A stretch of DNA of 64,000 nt, from positions 3,830 through 67,829 of the forward strand of contig CAZRSF010000027.1 in assembly GCA_964602655.1 (NCBI GenBank). The letters are read 5' to 3'. A program made the translations under genes and the position numbers. Of this stretch, positions 49,081 through 59,274 are shown piece by piece (the first letter of the stretch is position 1; the number at the start of each line of letters is the position of its first letter). The notes beneath the pieces were generated by a model. It was given only the letters and a program-made list of their open reading frames with translations, did not search any database and was not told the origin of the DNA. Source of the DNA: an uncultured Candidatus Moduliflexus sp. Its GTDB lineage: Bacteria; Moduliflexota; Moduliflexia; Moduliflexales; Moduliflexaceae.

Positions 49081-49324
49081 GGTGTGTCCTCCTATTAAAA
49101 ACCGAATGGATTGATTGAGCGCTGTTCTCTGATGTCGCAATTCGCTGCGAACGCAACCGTTTCTCTCACTCTATCGGAAAATGTCAACAAAGAACTCGCG
49201 GCGCTCTCAAAACGCTGTTTATCCGGGCGTAACCCGGCGCAATCATCCTATTTTTTACGAGGCGTTTTACCTATGGCGCATGTTGCGCGTCAATATGACA
49301 AACAGCATGATTATTTGTCAATTA

Positions 49325-49355
49325 CCCTGTCAGGGTTGTACACCCTGGCAGGGTT
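49325..49355. repeat. Family A variant CCCTGTCAGGGTTGTACACCCTGGCAGGG
   Basis: Imperfect palindrome just upstream of the YiiX-like gene. Confidence 0.6.
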
Positions 49356-49370
49356 CTCACTACATCATCT

Positions 49371-50036
49371 ATGAAATATTTATCGTATTCCGACGCAAGA
49401 TCGCGCATGAACATCGGCGATGTGATCGCCTTTGGCGGGGATTCGCATTTTTCAGAAATTATCAAAATGGCAATTCGCGCCGAAGTGCCGCATATCGGCA
49501 TCGTGCGTGAAACGCGCCAGACAGAGCGCGGAGTAACACAAACGTTCTTGATGGACGCAACCTCCCGCCGCAACGTCTGCATCACGGATTTGGCGGCTCG
49601 CGTTCAGGAGTATGCCGGGCATATGTGGTGGCTGCCGCTGCATGAAACGCTCAGGCGTAAAATCTTCGATGAAGAGGCATGTTCTCGCTTTTTACAGCAG
49701 CAAAACGGCAAAAAATACGACCGCTGGCAGGCCGCAGGGTCGGCGATTGACGCGCTCGACGAGTTGCCTTTCAATTTGGGGGGACTCAGTTATAACCGCG
49801 AAGACCTCTCGCAACTCTTTTGTTCCGAATTGGTCGCCGCCGCGCTCAAAGTCGGAGGCATCATTCCGCAGCATCTCAATGCTTCGGAAATCACGCCGAT
49901 TGATATTTGCCGCTGGAAGATTTACGCGCCGGAATATTATCTGCTGAAAGGGGAATTCAAGGAGATTTCAGGCTATAACAGCATAGACTTGAATCGGGGC
50001 GTTCCGACAGGAATGCTGTGTTGCGAACATCGTTAA
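49371..50036 (+). CDS. YiiX/YaeF-like permuted papain-fold hydrolase (hypothetical)
   Basis: 221 aa. DVIAFGGDSHFSEIIKMA ... LFCSELVAAAL arrangement typical of permuted NlpC/P60-like amidases. Flanked on both sides by family A palindromes. Confidence 0.55.
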   Translation: MKYLSYSDARSRMNIGDVIAFGGDSHFSEIIKMAIRAEVPHIGIVRETRQTERGVTQTFLMDATSRRNVCITDLAARVQEYAGHMWWLPLHETLRRKIFDEEACSRFLQQQNGKKYDRWQAAGSAIDALDELPFNLGGLSYNREDLSQLFCSELVAAALKVGGIIPQHLNASEITPIDICRWKIYAPEYYLLKGEFKEISGYNSIDLNRGVPTGMLCCEHR

Positions 50037-50046
50037 GCCCTGCCAG

Positions 50047-50077
50047 GGTTTGAAACCCTGGCAGGGCTGGGAACTCA
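50047..50077. repeat. Family A GCCCTGCCAGGGTTTGAAACCCTGGCAGGGC
   Basis: Perfect palindrome filling the 44-nt gap between the YiiX-like gene (+) and the SWIM gene (-) stops. Confidence 0.75.
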
Positions 50078-50080
50078 TAT

Positions 50081-51874
50081 TCACACATTCTCAAATTCTT
50101 CCATAAACGCCTTCAGACGCTTGTTTTCCGCTCTCAAACCGCCGATATACCGTTCCCATTCTTGCGGCATCTGGCGCAGATCAACATAAATATGCCGGAT
50201 GGTTCGGGCATATTTGGCGGCAGCTTTGTAGCTGTCGCGCCCGCGCGCCGCGACCAGCCGATTGACGACGTTCTGATAGAGTTCGAGATATTCCATCGTA
50301 AAATGCGGCAGCAGTTTGGCTTCATATTGGCGCAGTTGTTCGACTTGATGTTTGATGGTGTCGAAAAGCCGGTCATAATCGTCAAGATAATCGTAAATTT
50401 CCGCCAATGTCGTGACTTGATTCGGAAAATTGGGAACAAACCAGGCTGGCGGTGTTTTTTGTCTGGATTGGGCGCGTTCCTCCAAATCCGCGATAATGCG
50501 CGATTCGAAGGTCGGCCAATCGGTTTCATTCAAGCATCTTTTCGCGGTTTTGAAAAAATCGAGATCAATATCATGGTGTTCCAGCCGCAAATTCAACAAC
50601 TGCGTTTGCCCTTCATAGTCGTGCGCGGTGGTGTAGTATTCCCATAAACAGACGTATGTGCCGTCATGCAGAAAATGATGATGCGTATCGAATTCCTGTT
50701 TATCTACTTTCCGTTGCAGCAAACCGACTATCGCCTCGTAATCGCCCCGCCGCTGCAATTCTTCCTGCACAAACGCATACACTTCGACCTTGCGCCCCTC
50801 GCCGCGTTCGATCCCCTGCCAGGCGACTTCCAACGCCTTTGGCCGGTCATTCTGCGCGAGCCAGTATTGCGCCAATCGCCAGTAATCTATGCCGTCTTTC
50901 AGATGCGCTTCCAGGGTTTTGCGTTGCGCCTCAGTGTCGCCGGTCGCTTCATATAATTTTGCCAGCAAGCCTTGATAATAGGAAGAATTTGTCTTTTTCA
51001 TCGCCTGCTTCAGCATTTCGATAATGATCTGATAATCCTCTTTTTCGGCGCAAAGCTGCACGGCGCTGTCATAGAGCCAATCAGTCAGACCACAATTGCT
51101 GTTGCGATAATAATTCAACAGTTGCGTAATCACGTCGCGGCGGGCGTCGCGCAGGTCTGGGGCGGCCTGAAACGCCTCGCCGAGTTCGTCCATCGCTGAC
51201 ATTGCAACATCTTCCAGCGGTTCGTCATCCATGCCGTAATCATTCAATTCTTTCAGAATACGGTCAATCACTGCCCAGCAGACTTTCGCCCGCATCGCTG
51301 GCTCGGAAGGCTGCGCCGACGCGAGGATGGAGCGGAGTTGTTTGGCGATGGTTCGGGTGTCATAATAATCGGATTCGATAGAAGGAAAGGCGCGGGTGAT
51401 TTGCTTTTTGATGGTCGTAAATGTGGATTCTTTATTGGCTTCGAAACGCATCGTCAATTCACGTTTGAGGTCAGGATATTTTTTCGCGCATTCGAGTAAG
51501 ATGTTGACTAATTCGGCAGATGGCAATGCCGCGAGCTTTTTCGCCAATGTGGAATCGGATTTTTTCTGACGTGCTGCCTGTTTCGTCAATTCGCCTTTTT
51601 GTTCTAAAAAGGTCAGCATGACAGCGACAATATGCTTGCACGGCCAGCCGTCATAAGGGCAGGTGCAGGTGGCGGTCAGCGAGCCGGAACGCGCGGAGAC
51701 TTCCACGTCGTATTCGTCGCCGCTGCCGATCACGTTCGCCCGAATCGTATCGGTTTCGGCGTCGTACTCAAGTTGTTCCGCCATCTCTTGTCGGGCGTAG
51801 TCTTCTCCGCGCTGATAGATTTTGTTGCCAGCCCATTGTTTCACAGAGTCTTTGGTGTATTCGCTGAGTTTCAT
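50081..51874 (-). CDS. SWIM zinc-finger domain protein
   Basis: CTCPYDGWPCKHIVAVML SWIM CxC...CxH motif near the N-terminus. Long helical-repeat C-terminal region. 597 aa. Confidence 0.75.
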   Translation of the reverse strand: MKLSEYTKDSVKQWAGNKIYQRGEDYARQEMAEQLEYDAETDTIRANVIGSGDEYDVEVSARSGSLTATCTCPYDGWPCKHIVAVMLTFLEQKGELTKQAARQKKSDSTLAKKLAALPSAELVNILLECAKKYPDLKRELTMRFEANKESTFTTIKKQITRAFPSIESDYYDTRTIAKQLRSILASAQPSEPAMRAKVCWAVIDRILKELNDYGMDDEPLEDVAMSAMDELGEAFQAAPDLRDARRDVITQLLNYYRNSNCGLTDWLYDSAVQLCAEKEDYQIIIEMLKQAMKKTNSSYYQGLLAKLYEATGDTEAQRKTLEAHLKDGIDYWRLAQYWLAQNDRPKALEVAWQGIERGEGRKVEVYAFVQEELQRRGDYEAIVGLLQRKVDKQEFDTHHHFLHDGTYVCLWEYYTTAHDYEGQTQLLNLRLEHHDIDLDFFKTAKRCLNETDWPTFESRIIADLEERAQSRQKTPPAWFVPNFPNQVTTLAEIYDYLDDYDRLFDTIKHQVEQLRQYEAKLLPHFTMEYLELYQNVVNRLVAARGRDSYKAAAKYARTIRHIYVDLRQMPQEWERYIGGLRAENKRLKAFMEEFENV

Positions 51875-51890
51875 CGTTCTCTTGTAAAAT

Positions 51891-51923
51891 AACCCCGCCA
51901 GGGTTTGGAACCCTGGCGGGGTT
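51891..51923. repeat. Family A variant AACCCCGCCAGGGTTTGGAACCCTGGCGGGGTT
   Basis: Perfect palindrome between the SWIM gene start and the hutI-like stop. Confidence 0.75.
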
Positions 51924-51931
51924 AGGGGGTT

Positions 51932-53179
51932 TTAAGACGTTTGCCGTTCCAGGACGATTTTGCCGTTTTTAATGACGCGGCTGACGTGATTGACGCCGAA
52001 GTGGTACGTCAAATATTGATAATTCGGAATATCCAGAATGACAATATCCGCCTTTTTGCCGACTTCCAGACTGCCGATTTTATCGAACAGGCAGAGCGAC
52101 CGCGCCGCCTGCGCCGTGACGCCGACAATCGCTTCCGCCGGACTGATGTGCATCTGCGTACAGGCAATCGTCATAATCAACGGGAGCGATTCCGTCATGC
52201 ACGCGCCGGGATTGCACCCGGTGGCGAGTGCGACTTTCACGCCGGATTCAATCATTTTCCGCGCCGGAGCATAGCGCACGAACGCCGTAAAAAACGGGAC
52301 ACCCGGCAGCAAATCGGCAATCACCCCTTTTTCCGCCAGCATTTCAATCCCTTTATCGCTGACCATCAAGAGATGTTCGACGGCGACCACGCCGAGTTCC
52401 GCCGCAAATTCCGCCGCCTTGAACGGATCGAACGAATCGGCGTGCATACGCGGCAGCAGGCCGTATTGTTTGCCAGCCTCCAAAATTTGCCGAGTTTCCT
52501 GATGAGAAAAGACATCATGATCGCAAAACACGTCGCAGAATTTTGCGAGTTTCTCTTCAGTAATGCGCGGGATCATTTCATCGGTGATTATGCGGATAAA
52601 ATCCTGTTTTTTCTGTCGAAATTCCGGCGGAATGTCGAGCGCCATGAAGGTGGGCACAATATCAATCGGATGGTGTTCGTTCAGATCGCGCATGGTTTGG
52701 AGGAGTTTGATTTCATCTTCGATGGCGAGGCCGTATCCGGTTTTCGCCTCAACGGTCGTCGTGCCGCGCCGCAGCATCCGATCCAGGCGTTTATACGCGA
52801 AATTATAGAGTTCCTGACGGCTGGCCTGACGTGTCGCCAGGACGGTCTGCATGATGCCGCCTCCGGCAATCGCCGCGTCTTTATACGTCGTGCCGCGCAG
52901 CCGCGCTTCGAATTCCATTTCCCGCGATCCGGCGAACACGAGATGCGTGTGCGGATCGATAAAACCCGGCATCACCACTTTGTCAGAGGCGTCAATCACG
53001 ACATCCGATTTTGTCGTGTCGGGCAAATCGCTGGTTTTTCCGATCCAGGTAATCAGATTGCCCTCGATGATGAGCGCGCCGTCTTCGATAATGCCTAACG
53101 CCTCTACCGGCGCGGTATGAACGATATCGGGGCATGAGACTGTGACTAATTGGGCGGCGTGTTTGATGGTTTTTCGCAT
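51932..53179 (-). CDS. hutI: Imidazolonepropionase-like amidohydrolase
   Basis: VMPGFIDPHTHLVFAGSRE metal-binding motif typical of HutI. 415 aa. No other hut genes nearby. Confidence 0.7.
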   Translation of the reverse strand: MRKTIKHAAQLVTVSCPDIVHTAPVEALGIIEDGALIIEGNLITWIGKTSDLPDTTKSDVVIDASDKVVMPGFIDPHTHLVFAGSREMEFEARLRGTTYKDAAIAGGGIMQTVLATRQASRQELYNFAYKRLDRMLRRGTTTVEAKTGYGLAIEDEIKLLQTMRDLNEHHPIDIVPTFMALDIPPEFRQKKQDFIRIITDEMIPRITEEKLAKFCDVFCDHDVFSHQETRQILEAGKQYGLLPRMHADSFDPFKAAEFAAELGVVAVEHLLMVSDKGIEMLAEKGVIADLLPGVPFFTAFVRYAPARKMIESGVKVALATGCNPGACMTESLPLIMTIACTQMHISPAEAIVGVTAQAARSLCLFDKIGSLEVGKKADIVILDIPNYQYLTYHFGVNHVSRVIKNGKIVLERQTS

Positions 53180-53382
53180 ACATCCTCCTCGTAGAATGAA
53201 GGCTGTTGAAGGGAAGAATTATGATAAATTGCAAAAAATGATCATTGAAGAGACACTCTGCAATCTTGCAGAATTTGTCAAATAAAAAGACCGACAGGAG
53301 AGGAAAAATGATAGGATTGCGCCAATTGGGTTTTGGGCTCGTATTGAAACGCGTGGAACGAGAACGTCGCAGCGAATGTGGG

Positions 53383-54765
53383 TCATTCAGCGACCTGTCT
53401 GCCGATTTCCCCCTCTCTTTGCGCGAGAAAGATCGCTTTTTTGCCGGGCGGGAGTTTCAACACGAAATTCTTCGGCAGCGGCGCGCGCGATTGAATAATT
53501 GTTCGCTTCAAATCTCGATTCAACGCCAGCAATTCATCTTTGGGAATCTGCAATTCGCTGACAATCTCGTTAAGATAGGTGCTTTTCGCGAGGGTGACGG
53601 CTTCGTAACGCAGCGGCGTAAACGGCTCCACGTCTCCGAAATAGTCTTCATAATTCAGCATAATCTGCGCGGCGGCGAGAAATTGGGCGTAATAATTTCG
53701 TGAATAAAACCCGAAACGCTCGTTATGGTATTTGCGCGTAATTTCGCCCAAATCCGAGGTATCGAGCCGCTTCATTGCCGTTAGCAGCCCTGCCGGGCCA
53801 TGATTATACGCCGTAATCGCTAACGGCCATGATTCGAATATCTTATAATTCGCCTTGAGCAATCTGGCGGCAGATTCCGCCGATTTGAACGGATCGTAGC
53901 GTTCATCCACTTTGGCGTTGATCCGCAGGCCATACATTCTGGCGGTTGCTGGCATAAATTGCCAGATGCCCGCCGCGCCGGCATACGAATAGGCGTTATG
54001 CTTAAAATAGGATTCCACAAACGGAATGCGCGTCAGGTCGGTCGGCAGGCCGTGCTGACGAAAGATTTCATCGAAGTGTTCTTGATACACGCCGGACAAT
54101 CGAATCGCTTTCAGAAAGTTTTCGCGCTGCCCGGATTGAATCCGCAACCGGCGCGTCGCTTCTCCGAACTTATTCGGTTCGGAAATGGCGGAAAACAGCC
54201 TGTACACGCGGGCTTCATCCGGGGTGAGCGCATCCAATCGGCGCATCGCGGCTTTCCGGTCGAGACCGTAAAGAATGCGACGGTACTTCAGCAGGGTGTG
54301 ACTCAATCCTTTTGATTTCTTGACATCAATCACTTCATACACGATCTGCGGATACCAGCTATCATGCAGAAGAAGCTGGTGGCGGCTGTAGTGGCTGAAG
54401 ACCAGTTTCCAAAAGGCCACATGGTGCTGTAACTCTTTCGGCACGGGGAAGAACGTTTCGAATTGCCGAATCGCCTCGGCATCGGGGCTTGATGGGATAA
54501 ACTGGAGCGCTTGCGTCACAGGAAGCGTCGTTTCGAACTCATGAAGCGTTTCAGCCTGATCCGTTTTTCGCGGTAGAGAAACATAATGGATTGATGACTG
54601 AGAAAATGGGAGGAACAGGCCGAACGCGATGACGCTGACCACAAACGCGGCCAATAGCATCGGTTGCAGCACGTATTGAGACAGAAGGCGTCGGAGATAC
54701 CAGGGACAGGCGAATTTCAAGAGCCACGCAAGACATCCGATTCCCGCTTGTTTGATGAGCCTCAT
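53383..54765 (-). CDS. Membrane-bound lytic murein transglycosylase (MltD/Slt family)
   Basis: SLT-domain motif GAAGIWQFMPATARMYGL. N-terminal TM segment. 460 aa. Confidence 0.8.
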   Translation of the reverse strand: MRLIKQAGIGCLAWLLKFACPWYLRRLLSQYVLQPMLLAAFVVSVIAFGLFLPFSQSSIHYVSLPRKTDQAETLHEFETTLPVTQALQFIPSSPDAEAIRQFETFFPVPKELQHHVAFWKLVFSHYSRHQLLLHDSWYPQIVYEVIDVKKSKGLSHTLLKYRRILYGLDRKAAMRRLDALTPDEARVYRLFSAISEPNKFGEATRRLRIQSGQRENFLKAIRLSGVYQEHFDEIFRQHGLPTDLTRIPFVESYFKHNAYSYAGAAGIWQFMPATARMYGLRINAKVDERYDPFKSAESAARLLKANYKIFESWPLAITAYNHGPAGLLTAMKRLDTSDLGEITRKYHNERFGFYSRNYYAQFLAAAQIMLNYEDYFGDVEPFTPLRYEAVTLAKSTYLNEIVSELQIPKDELLALNRDLKRTIIQSRAPLPKNFVLKLPPGKKAIFLAQREGEIGRQVAE

Positions 54766-55126
54766 TTGCTGCCGCCTCTTTTGGGGAATGACAAGGATAT
54801 GTTTTCTGTAGGATTTCTGGGATGTCGGCGTTTACGACAGAAGTTCATCCTACGCAAAACACATCCTTGTCGTTGCTTAATCAATCACAACCAACAACGC
54901 TTTACATCTGACACCTATTCGGAGTGAAAGATGAATGGCTATCGTCAATTTTCCAGTGTTTGCGACTTTCTTTATCTCATCGCGCTGTTTTTCTTGACGA
55001 ACTTTTCTTGTTGACTCAATAGACTACACAGGAAAACGTGGAACGAGTGACGCTATTTGCTCGACACGAGACAAGAACGTATTTATACAGCGCATACCGC
55101 TGTATTTCAGGACATGGAGGCAGAAT

Positions 55127-57040
55127 ATGGCATCGTCCCAGGAAGATAAACCGGGAAATTTCAACATCAAAGAATGGGTGTGCAAACAGTTGAATATTCG
55201 CGAAGAACCGAACAAAAAGAAAAAAGGCAAGCTGCCGAAACGTACGCATTTTACGATCTGGTATGTGATTCTGGTGTTTCTTGTCTTGTCGGCGGTTCAA
55301 CAATTGTTTATGGCCGGGAGCATTCAGACGCTTTCGTATGGCGAATTCAAAAAGAAATTAGCGAACAGCGAGATCAAGGATGTGTATATCATGCCGCAGT
55401 TGATTCGCGGGCTGTTGAAAGACGAGAAGGAATTTCTTTCGATTCGCGTGGACGACCCTGAGTTGGTCAAGCAATTGGATGCGAAAGGCATTGATTACTC
55501 CGGCAAATATGAGAACCGGCTGGTCAGCGCAATTATCGCGTGGGGACTGCCGCTGTTGTTTTTCTTTTTCATCTGGCAATGGGTGTTCAAACGCATGGGC
55601 GGGCCGGGCGGCGCGATGATGTCATTCGGCAAAAGCAAAGCCAAAGTCTTTGCCGAAGACGAGACGCTCGTCACGTTCGAGGATGTGGCCGGAATTGATG
55701 AAGCCAAAGAGGAACTACAGGAAGTGGTCGAATTTTTGAAATCGTCGGAGAAATTTCAACGCCTCGGCGGCAAAATCCCGAAAGGCGTCCTGTTAGTCGG
55801 CCCTCCTGGCACTGGCAAGACCTTGCTGGCCAGAGCCGTTGCCGGAGAAGCCAAAGTTCCGTTTTTCAGCATGAGCGGCTCGGATTTCGTGGAAATGTTT
55901 GTCGGCGTCGGCGCATCGCGCGTGCGCGATTTGTTCAAACAGGCGAGCGACCATGCGCCGTGCATCGTCTTTATTGACGAACTCGACGCCCTCGGCAAAG
56001 CCCGCGGCATGAGCATCGGCGGGCATGACGAGCGCGAACAGACGCTGAACCAATTGCTCGTCGAAATGGACGGATTCGAGCCGAATACTGGCGTTATCAT
56101 TATGGCGGCGACCAACCGTCCCGAAATTTTGGATGCGGCGCTGCTGCGAGCTGGCCGGTTCGACCGGACGATTGCGGTGGATCGACCGGATGTCAAAGGG
56201 CGCGAGGCGATTTTACGCATCCATACGCGGCAGGTCAAACTGTCGGACGATGTGGCGTTGCACGTGCTGGCAGCCCGAACGCCCGGTTTTGTCGGCGCGG
56301 ATCTCGCCAATTTGGCGAATGAAGCAGCGCTGTTAGCTGCCAGACGCGACAAAGAGAGTGTGGGACGAAAGGAATTCGATGACGCGGTTGACCGCATTAT
56401 CGGTGGCCTGGAGAAAAAGAATCGCGTGATCAGCAAAAAAGAAAAAGAAATCGTCGCGTATCACGAAGCCGGACACGCGATTGTCGGGGAAACCGTGCCG
56501 ACCAGCGATCCGGTGCATAAAATCTCCATTATCCCGCGCGGGATCGCCGCGCTCGGCTATACGCAGCATCTCCCGACCGACGACCGCTACCTCATGACGA
56601 AATCGGAATTGGAAGATAAACTCTGCGTCCTGTTAGGCGGGCGCGTGGCGGAAGAGATTATCTTTCACGATATTTCCACCGGCGCGCAGAACGATTTGCA
56701 ACGCGCAACGGACATTGCGTTCGGCATGGTCACGGAGTACGGGATGAGCCAGAATCTTGGGCTGCGCACCTTCGAGAAAGAACGGCGTTCCGCATTTTTA
56801 GATGCGCCGATGGCCGCCTCGCCGCGGGATTACAGCGAAGAAAAAGCCCGGCAGATTGATGAAGAAGTCGAGCAGATTTTAGATCGAGCGCACAAGCGCG
56901 TTCAGCAAATCTTGAATGACAAGCGCGAGATTTTGGAGCAATTATATCGTCTGCTGTTAGAACAGGAAGTCGTGGAAGGCGAGCAGTTGCGGCAGATGAT
57001 GGGGAAAACTTCGCCCGCGAGCGAGGTCGAAACCGTGTAG
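55127..57040 (+). CDS. ftsH: ATP-dependent zinc metalloprotease FtsH
   Basis: GPPGTGKT Walker A. SRH motif. HEAGH zinc site. Two N-terminal TM segments. 637 aa. Confidence 0.95.
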   Translation: MASSQEDKPGNFNIKEWVCKQLNIREEPNKKKKGKLPKRTHFTIWYVILVFLVLSAVQQLFMAGSIQTLSYGEFKKKLANSEIKDVYIMPQLIRGLLKDEKEFLSIRVDDPELVKQLDAKGIDYSGKYENRLVSAIIAWGLPLLFFFFIWQWVFKRMGGPGGAMMSFGKSKAKVFAEDETLVTFEDVAGIDEAKEELQEVVEFLKSSEKFQRLGGKIPKGVLLVGPPGTGKTLLARAVAGEAKVPFFSMSGSDFVEMFVGVGASRVRDLFKQASDHAPCIVFIDELDALGKARGMSIGGHDEREQTLNQLLVEMDGFEPNTGVIIMAATNRPEILDAALLRAGRFDRTIAVDRPDVKGREAILRIHTRQVKLSDDVALHVLAARTPGFVGADLANLANEAALLAARRDKESVGRKEFDDAVDRIIGGLEKKNRVISKKEKEIVAYHEAGHAIVGETVPTSDPVHKISIIPRGIAALGYTQHLPTDDRYLMTKSELEDKLCVLLGGRVAEEIIFHDISTGAQNDLQRATDIAFGMVTEYGMSQNLGLRTFEKERRSAFLDAPMAASPRDYSEEKARQIDEEVEQILDRAHKRVQQILNDKREILEQLYRLLLEQEVVEGEQLRQMMGKTSPASEVETV

Positions 57041-57162
57041 CTCTGGTCTGGTAGAAATTGTACGGCGAAACACCATTTCGCCGTACAACGGTATTCCCGA
57101 TACGCTTTTGTTCATCTTCGGTTCGGATTTCCTCGCTGATTTTCATCATCAAGATTGTTTTC

Positions 57163-59181
57163 TTACGTTTCCCAGCGTAAATGCTGAATCTGGGGGATCG
57201 CTTCTTCAGTGGCCTGCTTTCCTTTCTGGATCAGGCTGCCGGCATTGAAAAATTCCGACCACGCAACATCGCCGACATCCGGGGCAATATGGACGCTGGC
57301 TTGCATGGTTTTGATCGTGGATAATTCATATTGTAAGCTCTGCAACGAGCGAATCGCAATATCGAACACCGGCAGCAGCGGCGACCGCGAGACGGCCAGC
57401 GTCCCCTCTTTCTTCGGACGGCGCAACGATTTTAAGCTGTCTTGCAGCGAGGGCGTGACGTTGACGGCAATGATAATATCGGCATGACGCTTGACCAGCG
57501 CATTGACCGGCACAGGATCGGCGATGGAGCCGTCAATCAGCAGGCGGCCATCGAACGCGACCGGCGTAAAGACGCCGGGAATCGAGAGACTGGCGCGCAC
57601 GGCCATTCGCACATTCCCTTGTTCGAAGGTGATTTCCTCGCCGCTGTTCATATCAAGGGCGGTAACGGACAGCGGAATTTTCATCTCGTTGAAATCGGGA
57701 TCGCCGACGACGTTGAGATACAGTCTATTGACTTCCACGCCGCTGAACATGCCGATGCCAGCGCGAAAGATGCGTGGTTCCCAGCTTGCGCGTTTCGGAT
57801 GGAGTTTGCGCCAGATCGCCTTGCTATAATATTTCATGTCGAACACATCTGGGATGGTCAGCCGCAGCAAACCGGCTTTCGATCCCCATTTCAGCACAGC
57901 CTGTTCGATTTTTTCAATGGACACGCCTGCGGCATACGCCGAACCAATCAGCGCTCCGGCGCTTGACCCGGCGATCAGATCAATCGGAATGTTGTGCTGT
58001 TCTAACGCCTGAAAAACGCCGATATGCGCCATACCTCGCGCCGAGCCGCCGCCAAGCGCTAATCCGATGGTTTTCTTGCCGATGTCCCGCGCTAACCGCC
58101 CGAACGCCAGGCTTAATTCGCTCTCTGGAGATTGCGTTACGCACGGAATGCCGGAAGAGAAAAAATGGCTAATCGCTTGATAGTCGCGCGGCAGCACATG
58201 ATAGCCCCGTTCCCGCAACGCGCCTTTATCGAGCGACGCGTCCGACAGGTTAATCACCATGCGCACTTCCTGGTGATCCAAAATAATCAGCGGATATTCT
58301 TGCGTGATGTTAGACGTGACGAACAGCATCATATTGGATAGATCAATCGCTTCGAACGTGCTGCGATTCAGGCGCGAACTGGTGTCAATAATGATGTAAT
58401 CGTACAGATTTTTCAGAATGCCCAAAATTTTCGCAATAGACTCCCGGCCTTTGGTTTCTTCTGCGAGCAACTCCGGCGAGATGGAGAGCACGTCTAACAG
58501 GGTCGAATGGGTAACGATCTGTTGCTCGATGTAGTTTTGCGTAATGGTCGTCGTGTCCACGTAGCGCGCCGGTTCGATTTTCAGCAGCGACGCCACGCCG
58601 TGTTGGTACGTCATGCCCATGTCAACGACGACGACGCGGCATTTGGTTTCTTGCAGCAGGCTGACGCCGAGGTTGACCGCCACAAGCGATTTTCCGATAT
58701 TTTCCTCCGTGCCATACACGCAGATGATCGGATATTTGACGCGCTTGGTCTTTTTCTCTCCGCCGCGTTGATCAACATGGAGTTTTTTACTCAATAATTC
58801 CCCTAAATTGTAAAGCACGGTGGTATGGGCTTTGATCGCCTGTTCGAAGCGGATTTTATCTGCCTGAAAGACTTCGGCGTCAATCAGCACTTCGATGGAG
58901 GTCAAGCGCGGTTCGCTCGGCAGCAGCGGGATTTCGCCGAAAAACATGCCTTGATCGAGCAAATCCAATTCGACTTCCTGCCCCTGTTCGTTCTTTCGCA
59001 ACACGCGCACCTGGCCGGACAGCAGGATGTAAAAAAAGGTGCTGGTCTCTCCTTCCTCACAAATCCGCGCTCCACGGGGATAATAGCGTTTTTCGAAAAT
59101 CGGCGCGATTTTTTGGAGGTCGTCTTCAGTGACCCCTTTGAAAATACGGTTACTTTTCAGTAATAATTGTGTATCAGACAT
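57163..59181 (-). CDS. Three-domain protein: cNMP-binding (CAP_ED), degenerate ParA/MinD-like P-loop, and patatin-like phospholipase
   Basis: N-terminal FFGEIPLL...RLTSIEV cNMP motifs. Middle domain ICVYGTEENIGKSLVAVNLGVSLL (deviant Walker A). C-terminal GGGSARGMAHIGV and GSSAGA (GxSxG) patatin motifs with a DGS aspartate. Start taken at MSDTQ. Confidence 0.8.
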   Translation of the reverse strand: MSDTQLLLKSNRIFKGVTEDDLQKIAPIFEKRYYPRGARICEEGETSTFFYILLSGQVRVLRKNEQGQEVELDLLDQGMFFGEIPLLPSEPRLTSIEVLIDAEVFQADKIRFEQAIKAHTTVLYNLGELLSKKLHVDQRGGEKKTKRVKYPIICVYGTEENIGKSLVAVNLGVSLLQETKCRVVVVDMGMTYQHGVASLLKIEPARYVDTTTITQNYIEQQIVTHSTLLDVLSISPELLAEETKGRESIAKILGILKNLYDYIIIDTSSRLNRSTFEAIDLSNMMLFVTSNITQEYPLIILDHQEVRMVINLSDASLDKGALRERGYHVLPRDYQAISHFFSSGIPCVTQSPESELSLAFGRLARDIGKKTIGLALGGGSARGMAHIGVFQALEQHNIPIDLIAGSSAGALIGSAYAAGVSIEKIEQAVLKWGSKAGLLRLTIPDVFDMKYYSKAIWRKLHPKRASWEPRIFRAGIGMFSGVEVNRLYLNVVGDPDFNEMKIPLSVTALDMNSGEEITFEQGNVRMAVRASLSIPGVFTPVAFDGRLLIDGSIADPVPVNALVKRHADIIIAVNVTPSLQDSLKSLRRPKKEGTLAVSRSPLLPVFDIAIRSLQSLQYELSTIKTMQASVHIAPDVGDVAWSEFFNAGSLIQKGKQATEEAIPQIQHLRWET

Positions 59182-59220
59182 ACGGCTCTCTTTATATTGC
59201 ACGTAATTATATCGTTGATA

Positions 59221-59261
59221 AGCCCTGACAGCCCTGACAGGGTTCGAAACCCTGTCAGGGC
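59221..59261. repeat. Family A variant GCCCTGACAGGGTTCGAAACCCTGTCAGGGC with a partial duplication of the left arm
   Basis: Lies between the two patatin-fusion genes. AGCCCTGACA is duplicated directly before it. Confidence 0.7.
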
Positions 59262-59274
59262 TAAAAACCCGTTT

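Noticed and set aside
51932-53179. Histidine-utilisation operon
   Set aside because: Only a hutI-like amidohydrolase is present. No hutH, hutU or hutG are adjacent, so a hut pathway call is not supported from this window.
53245-53703. 152-aa plus-strand ORF overlapping the lytic transglycosylase 3' end
   Set aside because: It overlaps a conserved SLT-domain gene on the other strand and has no domain signal.
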